Shown piece after piece: positions 13,591 to 26,600 of a stretch of DNA of 64,000 nt. Location: assembly GCA_964016885.1 (NCBI GenBank), contig OZ024740.1:39494001-39558000 (forward strand). Direction: 5' to 3'. How positions within the stretch are numbered: position 1 is the stretch's first letter; every line of letters starts with the position of its first letter. The stretch is from Eledone cirrhosa (lineage: Eukaryota). The notes beneath the pieces were generated by a model, which saw only the letters and a list, made by a program, of their open reading frames with translations, ran no database searches and was not told the origin of the DNA. The position numbers and the translations under genes were made by a program.

Positions 13591-15139
13591 GTACATTAAT
13601 GAGGTGTAATTAGTGTGGTACATTAAAGAGGTGGAATTACTGTGGTATATTAAAGAGGTGTAATTAGTGTGGTATACTAAAGAGGTGTAGTTAGTGTGGT
13701 ATATTAAAGAGGTGTAGTTAGTGTGGTATATTAAAGAGGCATAATTAGTGTGGTACATTATAGAGGTCCAATTAATGTGGTACATTAAAGAGGTGTAACT
13801 AGGGTGGTACATTAAAGAAGTGTAGTTAGTGTGGTATATTAAAGAGGTGTAGTTAGTGTGGTATATTAAAGAGGTGTAATTAGTGTGGTATATTAAAGAG
13901 GTGCAGTTAGTGTGGTATATTAAAGAGGTGTAATTAGTGTGGTACATTAAAGAGGTGTAATTTGTGTGGTATATTAAAGAGGTGTAGTTAGTGTGGTATA
14001 TTAAAGAGGTGCAATTAGTGTGGTATATTAAAGAGGTGTAGTTAGTGTGGTATATTAAAGAGGTGCAATTAGTGTGGTATATTAAAGAGGTGTAGTTAGT
14101 GTGGTATATTAAAGAGGTGTAATTAGTGTGGTACATTAACGAGATGTAATTAGTGTGGTATATTAAAAAGGTGCAATTAGTGTGGTATATTAAAAGTGTG
14201 TAATTAGTGTGGTATATTAAAGAGGTGTCGTTAGTGTGGTATATTAAAGAGGTGCAATTAATGTGGTATATTAAAGAGGTGTAGCTAATGTGGTACATTA
14301 AAGAGCTGTAATTAGTGTGATATATTAAAAACGTGCAATTAGTGTGGTATATTAAAGAGCTGTAATTAGTGTGGTACATTAAAGAGGTGCAATTAGTGTG
14401 GTATATTAAAGAAGTGTAGTTAGTGTGGTATATTAAAGTGGTGTAGTTAGTGTGGTATATTAAAGATGTGTAATTAGTGTGGTATATTAAAGAGGTGTAG
14501 TTAGTGTGGTATATTAAAGAGGTGTAATTAGTGTGGTACATTAAAGAGGTGTAATTAGTGTGGTATATTAAAGAGGTTTAGTTAGTGTGGTATATTAAAG
14601 AGGTGCAATTAGTGTGGTATATTAAAGAGGTGCAATTAGTGTGGTATATTAAAGAGGTGTAGTTACTGTGGTACATTAAAGTGGTGCAATTAGTGTGGTA
14701 TATTAAAGTGGTGTAATTAGTGTGGTATATTAAAGTGGTGTAATTAGTGTGGTACATTAAAGAGGTGTAGTTAGTGTGGTTAATTAGAGAGGTGTAGTTA
14801 GTCAGATTTATTAGAGAAGTGTAATTAGTGTGGTATATTATAGAGGTGCATTTAGTGTGGTATATTGAAGAGGTGTAATTAGTGTGGTACATTAAAGAGG
14901 TGTAATTTGTGTGGTATATTAAAGAGGTGTAGTTAGTGTGGTATATTAAAGAGGTGCAATTAGTGTGGTATATTAAAGAGGTGTAGTTAGTGTGGTATAT
15001 TAAAGACGTGCAATTAGTGTGGTATATTAAAGAGGTGTAGTTAGTGTGGTATGTTAAAGAGGTGTAATTAGTGTGGTATGTTAAAGAGGTGTAGTTAGTG
15101 TGGTATATTAACGAGGTGTAATTAGTGTGGTATATTAAA

Positions 15140-18100
15140 GAGGTGCAATTAGTGTGGTATATTAAAAAGGTGCAATTAGTGTGGTATATTAAAGAGGTGC
15201 AATTAGTGTGGTATATTAAAGAGGTGTAATTATTGTGGTATATTAAAGAGGTGCAATTAGTGTGGTATATTAAAGAGGTGTAGTTAGTGTGGTATATTAA
15301 AGAGGTGTAATTAGTGTGGTACATTAACGAGGTGTAATTAGTGTGGTATATTAAAGAGGTGCAATTAGTGTGGTATATTAAAGAGGTGTAATTAGTGTGT
15401 TACATTAAAGAGGTGTAATTAATGTGGTATGTTAAAGAGGTGCAAGTAGTCTGGTATATTAAAAAGGTGTAGTTAGTGTGGTATATTAAAGAGGTGCAAA
15501 TAATGTGGTATATTAAAGTGGTGTAATTAGTGTGGTATATTAAAGAGGTGTAATTAGTGTAGTATATGAAAGAGGTGTCATTAGTGTGGAATATTAAAGA
15601 GGTGCAATTAGTGTGGTATATTAAAGACGTGTAATTAGTCTGGTATATTAAGGAGGTGTAGTTGGTGTGGTTAATTAGAGATGTGTAGTTAGTCAGGTTT
15701 ATTAGAGAAGTATAATTAGTGTGGTATATTAAAGAGGTGTAATTAGTGTGGTAAATTGAAGAGGTGTAATTAGTGTGGTATATTAAAGAGGTGCAATTAG
15801 TGTGGTATATTAAATAGGTGAAATTATTGTGGTATATTAAAGAGGTGCAATTAGTGTGGTATATTGAAGAGGTGTAATTAGTGTGGTACTTTAAAGAGGT
15901 GTAATTAGTGTGGTATATTAAAGAGGTGTAATTAGTGTGGTATATTAAAAGGTGTAATTAGTGTGGTATATTAAAGAGGTGTAGTTAGTGTGGTATATTA
16001 AAGAGGTGTAATTAGTGAGGTATATTAAATAGGTGTAGTTAGTGTGGTATATTAAAGTGGTGTAATTAGTGTGGTACATTAAAGAGGTGTAGTTAGTGTG
16101 GTATATTAAAGAGGTGCAATTAGTGTGGTATATTAAAAAGGTGCAATTAGTGTGGTATATTAAAGAGGTGTAATTAGTGTGGTAAATTTAAGAGGTGCAA
16201 TTAGTGTGGTATATTAAAGAGGTGTAATTAGTGTGGTATATTAAAGAGGTGCAATTAGTGTGGTATATTAAAGAGGTGTAATTAGTATTGTACATTAAAT
16301 GGTGCAATTAGTTTGGTCTATTAAATAGGTGTAGTTAGTGCGGTATATTAAAGATGTGTAGTTAGTGTGGTATATTAAAGAGGTGCAATTAGTGTGGTAT
16401 ATTAAAGAGGTGTAGTTAGTGTGATATATTAAAGAGGTGTAATTAGTGTGGTACATTAACGAGGTGTAATTAGTGTGGTATATTAAAGAGGTGCAATTAG
16501 TGTGGTATATTAAAAAGGTGCAATTAGTGTGGTATATTAAAGAGGTGTAATTGGTGTGGTAAATTTAAGAGGTGCAATTAGTGTGGTATATTAAAGAGGT
16601 GTAATTAGTGTGGTATATTAAAGAGGTGCAATTAGTGTGGTATATTAAAGAGGTGTAATTAGTGTGTTACATTAAAGAGGTGTAATTAGTGTGGTATATT
16701 AAAGAGGTGCAATTAGTCTGGTATATTAAAGAGGTGTAGTTATTGTGTTATATTAAAGAGGTGCAATTAGTGTGGTATATTAAAGTGGTGTAATTAGTGT
16801 GGTATATTAAAGAGGTGTATTTAGTGTGGTATATTAAAGAGTTGTAAATAGTGAGTTATATTAAGGAGGTGTAGTTAGTGTGGTTAATTAGAGATGTGTA
16901 GTTAGTCAGGTTTATTAAAGAATTGTAATTAGTGTGGTATATTAAAGCGGTGCAATTAGTCCGGTATATTAAAGAGGTGTAGTTATTGTGGTATATTAAA
17001 GAGGTGCAATTATTGTGGTATATTAAAGAGGTGCAATTAGTGTGGTATATTGAAGAGGTGTAATTAGTGTGGTACTTTAAAGAGGTGTAATTAGTGTGGT
17101 ATATTAAAAGGTGTAATTAGTGTGGTATATTAAAGAGGTGTAGTTAGTGTGGTATATTAAAGAGGTGTAGTTAGTGTGGTATATTAGAGAGGTGCAATTA
17201 GTGTGGTACATTAAAGATGTCCAATTAGTGTGGTACATTAAAGAGGTGTAATTAGGGTGGTACATTAAAGAATTGTAGTTAGTGTGGTATATTAAAGAGG
17301 TGTAGTTAGTGTGGTATATTAAAGAGGTGTAATTAGTGTGGAATATTAAAGAGGTGTAGTTAGTGTGGTATACTAGAAAGGTGCAATAAGTGTGGTATAT
17401 TGAAGAGGTTCAATTAGTGTGGTATTTTAAAGAGGTGTAGTTAGTGTGGAACATTAAAGAGGTGTAATTAGTGTGGTATATTAAAGAGGTGCAATTAGTG
17501 CGGTTTATTAAAGAGGTGCAATTAGTGTGGTATATTAAGAAGGTGTAATTAGTGTGGTACATTAAAGAGGTGTAATTAGTGTGATACATTAAAGAGGTGT
17601 AGTTAGTGTGGTTAATTAGAGATGTGTAGTTAGTCAGGTTTATTAGAGAAGTGTAATTAGTGTGGTATATTAAAGAGGTGCAATTAGTGTGGTATATTAA
17701 AGAGGTGCAATTAGTGTGGTATAATAAATAGGTGTAATTAGTCTGGTATATTAAGGAGGTGTAGTTTGTGTGGTTAATTAGAGATGTGTAGTTAGTCAGG
17801 TTTATTAGAGAAGTGTAATTAGTGTGGTATATTAAAGATGTGTAATTAGTGTGGTACATTAAAGAGGTGTAATTAGTGTGGTATATTAAAGAGGTGCAAT
17901 TAGTGTGGTATATTAAAGAGGTGCAATTAGTGTGGTATATTGAAGAGGTGCAATTAGTGTGGTATATTAAAGAGGTGTATTTAGTGTGGTACATTAAAGA
18001 GGTGTAATTAGTGTGGTATATTAAAGAGGTGCAATTAGTGTGGTATATTAAAGAGGTTCAATTAGTGTGGTATTTTAAAGAGGTGTAGTTAGTGTAGTAT

Positions 18101-21100
18101 ATTAAAGAGGTGTAATTAGTGTGGTATATTAAAGAAGTGTAATTAGTGTGGTATCTTAAAGTGGTGCAATTAGTGTGGTATATTAAAGTGGTGTAGTTAG
18201 TGTGGTATATTAAAGAGTTGTAATTAATGAGGTATATTAAAGAGGTGTAATTAGTGTGGTATATTAAAGAGGTGTAATTAGTGTGGTATATTAAAGAGGT
18301 GCAATTAGTGTGGTATATTAAAGAGGTTCAATTAGTGTGGTATTTTAAAGAGGTGTAGTTAGTGTGGTATATTAAAGAGGTGTAATTAGTGTGGTATATT
18401 AAAGAAGTGTAATTGGTGTGGTATCTTAAAGTGGTGCAATTAGTGTGGTATATTAAAGTGGTGTAATTAGTGTGGTATATTAAAGAGGTGTAATTAGTGT
18501 GGTATATTAAAGAGGTGTAATTAGTGTGGTATATTAAAGAGGTGCAATTAGTGTGGTATATTAAAGAGGTTCAATTAGTGTGGTATTTTAAAGAGGTATA
18601 GTTAGTGTGGTATATTAAAGAGGTGTAATTAGTGTGGTATATTAAAGTGGTGTAATTAGTGTGGTACATTAAAGAGGTGTAATTAGTGTGGTATATTAAA
18701 GAGGTGCAATTAGTGTGGAATATTAAAGAGGTGCAATTAGTGTGGTATATTAAAGAGGTGTAATTATTCTGGTATATTAAGGAGGTGTAGTTAGTGTGGT
18801 ATATTAAAGAGGTGTAATTAGTGTGGTATATTAAAGAAGTGTAATTAGTGTGGTATCTTAAAGAGGTGTAATTAGTGTGGTACATTAAAGAGGTGTAATT
18901 AGTGTGGTATATTAAAGAGGTGCAATTAATGTGGTATATTAAAGAGGTTCAATTAGTGTGGTATTTTAAAGAGGTGTAGTTAGTGTGGTATATTAAAGAG
19001 GTGTAATTAGTGTGGTATATTAAAGAAGTGTAATTAGTGTGGTATCTTAAAGTGGTGCAATTAGTGTGGTATATTAAAGTGGTGTAATGAGAGTGGTATA
19101 TTAAAGAGTTGTAATTAGTGAGGTATATTAAAGAGGTGTAGTTAGTGTGGTTAATTAGAGATGTTTAGTTAGTCAGGTTTATTAGAGAAGTGTAATTAGT
19201 GTGGTATATTAAAGAGGTGAAATTAGTGTGGTATATTGAAGAGGTGTAATTAGTGTGGTACATTAAAGAGGTGTAATTAGTGTGGTATATTAAAGAGGTT
19301 TAATTAGTGTGGTATACTACAGAGGTGTAGTTAGTGTGGTATATTAAAGAGGTGTAGTTAGTGTGCTATATTAAAGAGGCATAATTAGTGTGGTACATTA
19401 TAGAGGTCCAATTAATGTGGTACGTTAAAGAGGTGTAATTAGGGCGGTACTTTAAAGAAGTGTAGTTAGTGTGGTATATTAAAGAGGTGTAGTTAGTGTG
19501 GTATATTAAAGAAGTGTAATTAGTGTGGTATATTAAAGAGGTGTAGTTAGTGTGGTATATTAAAGAGGTGTAATTAGTGTGGTACATTAAAGAGGTGTAA
19601 TGTGTGTGGTATATTAAAGAGGTGTAGTTAGTGTGGTATATTAAAGACGTGCAATTAGTGTGGTATATTAAAGAGGTGAAATTAGTGTGGTATATTAAAG
19701 AGGTGCAATTAGTGTGGTATATGGAAGAGGTGTAATTAGTGTGGTACTTTAAAGAGGTGTAATTAGTGTGGTATATTAAAGAGGTGTAATTTGTGTGGTA
19801 TATTAAAGAGGTGCAATTAGTGTGGTATATTAAAGAGGTGAAATTAGTGTGGTATATTAAAGAGGTGCAATTAGTGTGGTATATGGAAGAGGTGTAATTA
19901 GTGTGGTACTTTAAAGAGGTGTAATTAGTGTGGTATATTAAAGAGGTGTAATTAGTGTGGTATATTAAAAGGTGTAATTAGTGTGGTATATTAAAGAGGT
20001 GTAGTTAGTGTGGTATATTATAGAGGTGTAGTTAGTGTGGTATATTAGAGAGGTGCAATTAGTGTGGTACATTAAAGAGGTGTAATTAGGGTGGTACATT
20101 AAAGAAGTGTAGTTAGTGTGGTATATTAAAGAGGTGTAGTTAGTGTGGTATATTAAAGAGGTGTAATTAGTATGGTATATTAAAGAGGTGTAGTTAGTGT
20201 GGTATACTAAAATGGTGCAATAAGTGTGGTATATTAAAGAGGTTCAATTAGTGTGGTATTTTAAAGAGGTGTAGTTAGTGTGGTACATTAAAGAGGTGTA
20301 ATTAGTGTGGTATATTAAAGAGGTGTAGTTAGTGTGGTATATTAAAGAGATGTAATTAGTATGGTATATTAAAGAGGTGTAGTTAGTGTGGTATACTAAA
20401 ATGGTGCAATAAGTGTGGTATATTAAAGAGGTGCAATTAGTGTGGTATATTAAAGTGGTGTAATTAGTGTGGTATATAAAAGAGTTGTAATTAGTGAGGT
20501 ATATTAAAGAGGTGTAATTAGTGTGGTATATTAAAGTGGAGTAATTAGTGTGGTACATTAAAGAGGTGTAGTTAGTGTGGTTAATTAGAGATGTGTAGTT
20601 ATTCAGGTTTATTAGAGAAGTGTAATTAGTGTCATATATTAAAGAGGTGTAGTTAGTGTGGTATATTAAAGAGGCATAATTAGTGTGGTACATTATAGAG
20701 GTCCAATTAATGTGGTACATTAAAGAGGTGTAACTAGGGTCGTACATTAAATAAGTGTAGTTAGTGTGGTATATTAAAGAGGTGTAGTTAGTGTGGTATA
20801 TTAAAGAGGTGTAATTAGTGTTGTATATTAAAGAGGTGTAGTTAGTGTGGTATATTAATGAGGTGTAATTAGTGTGGTACATTAAAGAGTTGTAATTTGT
20901 GTGGTATATTAAAGAGGTGTAGTTAGTGTGGTATATTAAAGAGGTGCAATTAGTGTGGTATATTAATGAGGTGTAGTTAGTGTGGTATATTAAAGACGTG
21001 CAATTAGTGTGGTATATTAAAGAGGTGTAATTAGTATTGTACATTAAAAGGTGCAATTAGTGTGGTATATTAAAAGGTGTAGTTAGTGCGGTATATTAAA

Positions 21101-23630
21101 GAGGTGTAGTTAGAGTGGTATATTAAAGAGGTGCAATTAGAGTGGTATATTAAAGAGGTGTAGTTAGTGTGGTATATTAAAGAGGTGTAATTAGTGTGGT
21201 ACATTAACGAGGTGTAATTAGTGTGGCATATTAAAGAGGTGCAATTAGTGTGGTATATTAAAGAGGTGCAATTAGTGTGGTATATTAAAGAGGTGTAATT
21301 AGTGTGGTATATTAAAGAGGTGCAATTAGTGTGGTATATTAAAGAGGTGTAATTAGTGTGTTACATTAATGAGGTGTAATTAGTGTGGTATGTTAAAGAG
21401 GTGCAATTAGTCTGGTATATTAAAAAGGTGTAATTAGTGTGGTATATTAAAGAGTTGTAATTAGTGTGGTATATTAAAGAGGTGTAATTATTGTGGAATA
21501 TTAAAGAGGTGCAATTAGTGTGGTATGTTAAAGAGGTGTAATTAGTCTGGTATATTAAGGAGGTGTAATTGGTGTGGTTAATTAGAGATGTGTAGTTAGT
21601 CAGGTTTATTAGAGAAGTATAATTAGTGTGGTATATTAAAGAGGTGTAATTAGTGTGGTAAATTAAAGAGGTGTAATTAGTGTGGTATATTAAAGAGGTG
21701 CAATTAGTGTGGTACATTAAGAGGTGAAACTAGTGTGGTATATTAAAGAGGTGTAGTTAGTGTGGTATATTAAAGATGTGCAATTTGTGTGGTATATTAA
21801 AGAGGTGTAATTAGTGTGGTACATTAAAGACATGCAATTAGTGCGGTATATTAAAGAGGTGTAATTAATGTGGTATATTAAAGAGGTGTACTTAGTGCGG
21901 TACATTAAAGAGGTGTAATTAGTGTGGTATATTAAAGAGGTGTAGTTAGTGTGTTATATTAAAGAGGCGTAATTAGTGTGGTACATTATAGAGGTCCAAT
22001 TAGTGTGGTACATTAATGAGGTGAAATTAGGGTGGTACATTAAAGAAGTGTAGTTAGTGTGGTATATTAAAAAGGTGTAGTTAGTGTGGTATATTAAAGA
22101 GGTGTAATTAGTGTGGTATATTAAAGAGGTGTAGTTAGTGTGGTATATTAAAGAGGTGCAATTAGTGTGGTATATTAAAAAGGTGTAATTACTTTGGTAT
22201 ATTAAAGAGGTGCAATTAGTGTGGTATATTAAAGAGGTGTAATTAGTGTGGTACATTAAAGAGGTGTAATTAGTGTGGTATATTATAGAGGTGCAATTAG
22301 TGTGGTATATTAAAGAGGTGTAATTAGTGTGGTATATTAAAGAGGTGTAGTTAATGTGGTACATTAAAGAGGTGTAATTAGTGTGGTATATTAAATATGT
22401 GCAATTAGTGTGGTATATTAAAGAGCTGTAGTTACTGTGGTACATTAAAGAGGTGCAATTAGTGTGGTATATTAAAGAGGTTTAGTTAGTGTGGTATATT
22501 AAAGAGGTGCAATTAGTGTGGTATATTAAAGAGGTGCAATTAGTGTGGTATATTAAAGAGGTGTAATTACTGTGGTATATTAAAGAGGTGTAATTAGTGT
22601 AGTACATAAAAAGAGTTGTAATTAGTGTGGTGTATTAAAGAGGTGCAATTAGTGTGGTATATTGAAGAGGTGTAATTAGTGTAGTACATTAAAGAAGTGT
22701 AATTAATGTGGTATATTAAAGAGGTGTAATTAGTGTGGTATATTAAAGAGGTGTAGTTAGTGTGGTATATTAAAGAGGTTTAGTTAGAGTCGTATATTAA
22801 AGAGGTGTACTTAGTGTGGTACATTAAAGAGGTGTAATTAGAGTGGTATACTAAAAAGGTGCAATTAGTGTGGTATATTAAAGAGGTGCAATTAGTGTGG
22901 TATATTAAAGAGGTGTAATTAGTGTGGTATATTAAAGAGGTGCAATTAGTGTGGTATATTAAAAAGGTGCAATTAGTGTGGTATATTAAAGAGGTGCAAT
23001 TAGTGTGGTATATTAAAGAGGTGTAATTAGTGTGGTATATTAAAGAGGTGCAATTAGTGTGGTATATTAAAGAGGTGTAATTAGTGTGTTACATTAATGA
23101 GGTGTAATTAGTGTGGTATGTTAAAGAGGTGCAATTAGTCTGGTATATTAAAAAGGTGTAATTAGTGTGGTATATTAAAGTGTTGTAATTAGTGTGGTAT
23201 ATTAAAGAGGTGTAATTAGTGTGGAATATTAAAGAGGTGCAATTAGTGTGGTATGTTAAAGAGGTGTAATTAGTCTGGTATATTAAGGAGGTGTAATTGA
23301 TGTGGTTAATTAGAGATGTGTAGTTAGTCAGGTTTATTAGAGAAGTATAATTAGTGTGGTATATTAAAGAGGTGTAATTAGTGTGGTATATTAAAAAGGT
23401 GCAATTAGTGTGGTACATTAAGAGGTGAAATTAGTGTGGTATATTAAAGAGGTGTAGTTAGTGTGGTATATTAAAGACGTGCAATTAGTAAGGTATATTA
23501 AAGAGGTGTAATTAATGTGGTATATTAAAGAGGTGTACTTAGTGTGGTACATTAAAGATGTGTAATTAATGTGGTATATTAAAGAGGTGTAATTAGTGTG
23601 GTACATTATAGAGGTCCAATTAGTGTGGTA
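15140..23630. repeat. Copy 2 of the large duplication, shorter through whole-monomer differences
   Basis: Same variant order as 4400-13590. The offset drops by 27, 243 and 377 bp. Isolated SNPs distinguish the copies (6980 A vs 17718 G; 7319 C vs 18057 T). Confidence 0.9.
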
Positions 23631-26600
23631 TATTAAGGAGGTGTAATTAGTGTGGTATATTAAGGAGGTGTAGTTAGTGTGGTATATTAAAGAGGTGTAA
23701 TTAGTGTGGTATATTAAAGAAGTGTAATTAGTGTGGTATCTTAAAGAGGTGTAATTAGTGTGGTACATTAAAGAGGTGTAATTAGTGTGGTATATTAAAG
23801 AGGTGCAATTAATGTGGTATATTAAAGAGGTTCAATTAGTGTGGTATTTTAAAGAGGTGTAGTTAGTGTGGTATATTAAAGAGGTGTAATTAGTGTGGTA
23901 TATTAAAGAAGTGTAATTAGTGTGGTATCTTAAAGTGGTGCAATTAGTGTGGTATATTAAAGTGGTGTAATGAGAGTGGTATATTAAAGAGTTGTAATTA
24001 GTGAGGTATATTAAAGAGGTGTAGTTAGTGTGGTTAATTAGAGATGTTTAGTTAGTCAGGTTTATTAGAGAAGTGTAATTAGTGTGGTATATTAAAGAGG
24101 TGAAATTAGTGTGGTATATTGAAGAGGTGTAATTAGTGTGGTACATTAAAGAGGTGTAATTAGTGTGGTATATTAAAGAGGTTTAATTAGTGTGGTATAC
24201 TACAGAGGTGTAGTTAGTGTGGTATATTAAAGAGGTGTAGTTAGTGTGCTATATTAAAGAGGCATAATTAGTGTGGTACATTATAGAGGTCCAATTAATG
24301 TGGTACGTTAAAGAGGTGTAATTAGGGCGGTACTTTAAAGAAGTGTAGTTAGTGTGGTATATTAAAGAGGTGTAGTTAGTGTGGTATATTAAAGAAGTGT
24401 AATTAGTGTGGTATATTAAAGAGGTGTAGTTAGTGTGGTATATTAAAGAGGTGTAATTAGTGTGGTACATTAAAGAGGTGTAATGTGTGTGGTATATTAA
24501 AGAGGTGTAGTTAGTGTGGTATATTAAAGAGGTGCAATTAGTGTGGTATATTAAAGAGGTGTAGTTAGTGTAGTATATTAAAGACGTGCAATTAGTGTGG
24601 TATATTAAAGAGGTGTAATTAGTGTGTTACATTAAAGAGGTGTAATTAGTGTGGTATGTTAAAGAGGTGCAATTAGTCTGGTATATTAAAAAGGTGCAAT
24701 TAGTGTGGTATATTAAAGAGGTGTAGTTAGTGTGGTATATTAAAGACGGGCAATTAGTGTGGTATATTAAAGAGGTGAAATTAGTGTGGTATATTAAAGA
24801 GGTGCAATTAGTGTGGTATATGGAAGAGGTGTAATTAGTGTGGTACTTTAAAGAGGTGTAATTAGTGTGGTATATTAAAGAGGTGCAATTAGTGTGGTTA
24901 ATTAGAGATGTGTAGTTATTCAGGTTTATTAGAGAAGTGTAATTAGTGTCATATATTAAAGAGGTGTAGTTAGTGTGGTATATTAAAGAGGCATAATTAG
25001 TGTGGTACATTATAGAGGTCCAATTAATGTGGTACATTAAAGAGGTGTAACTAGGGTCGTACATTAAAGAAGTGTAGTTAGTGTGGTATATTAAAGAGGT
25101 GTAGTTAGTGTGGTATATTAAAGAGGTGTAATTAGTGTTGTATATTAAAGAGGTGTAGTTAGTGTGGTATATTAATGAGGTGTAATTAGTGTGGTACATT
25201 AAAGAGTTGTAATTTGTGTGGTATATTAAAGAGGTGTAGTTAGTGTGGTATATTAAAGAGGTGCAATTAGTGTGGTATATTAATGAGGTGTAGTTAGTGT
25301 GGTATATTAAAGACGTGCAATTAGTGTGGTATATTAAAGAGGTGTAATTAGTATTGTACATTAAAAGGTGCAATTAGTGTGGTATATTAAAAGGTGTAGT
25401 TAGTGCGGTATATTAAAGAGGTGTAGTTAGTGTGGTATATTAAAGAGGTGCAATTAGAGTGGTATATTAAAGAGGTGTAGTTAGTGTGGTATATTAAAGA
25501 GGTGTAATTAGTGTGGTACATTAACGAGGTGTAATTAGTGTGGCATATTAAAGAGGTGCAATTAGTGTGGTATATTAAAGAGGTGCAATTAGTGTGGTAT
25601 ATTAAAGAGGTGTAATTAGTGTGGTATATTAAAGAGGTGCAATTAGTGTGGTATATTAAAGAGGTGTAATTAGTGTGTTACATTAATGAGGTGTAATTAG
25701 TGTGGTATGTTAAAGAGGTGCAATTAGTCTGGTATATTAAAAAGGTGTAATTAGTGTGGTATATTAAAGAGTTGTAATTAGTGTGGTATATTAAAGAGGT
25801 GTAATTATTGTGGAATATTAAAGAGGTGCAATTAGTGTGGTATGTTAAAGAGGTGTAATTAGTCTGGTATATTAAGGAGGTGTAATTGGTGTGGTTAATT
25901 AGAGATGTGTAGTTAGTCAGGTTTATTAGAGAAGTATAATTAGTGTGGTATATTAAAGAGGTGTAATTAGTGTGGTAAATTAAAGAGGTGTAATTAGTGT
26001 GGTATATTAAAGAGGTGTAATTAGTGTGGTATATTAAAGAGGTTTAATTAGTGTGGTATACTACAGAGGTGTAGTTAGTGTGGTATATTAAAGAGGTGTA
26101 GTTAGTGTGGTATATTAAAGTGGTGTAATGAGAGTGGTATATTAAAGAGTTGTAATTAGTGAGGTATATTAAAGAGGTGTAGTTAGTGTGGTTAATTAGA
26201 GATGTTTAGTTAGTCAGGTTTATTAGAGAAGTGTAATTAGTGTGGTATATTAAAGAGGTGAAATTAGTGTGGTATATTGAAGAGGTGTAATTAGTGTGGT
26301 ACATTAAAGAGGTGTAATTAGTGTGGTATATTAAAGAGGTTTAATTAGTGTGGTATACTACAGAGGTGTAGTTAGTGTGGTATATTAAAGAGGTGTAGTT
26401 AGTGTGCTATATTAAAGAGGCATAATTAGTGTGGTACATTATAGAGGTCCAATTAATGTGGTACGTTAAAGAGGTGTAATTAGGGCGGTACTTTAAAGAA
26501 GTGTAGTTAGTGTGGTATATTAAAGAGGTGTAGTTAGTGTTGTATATTAAAGAAGTGTAATTAGTGTGGTATATTAAAGAGGTGTAGTTAGTGTGGTATA

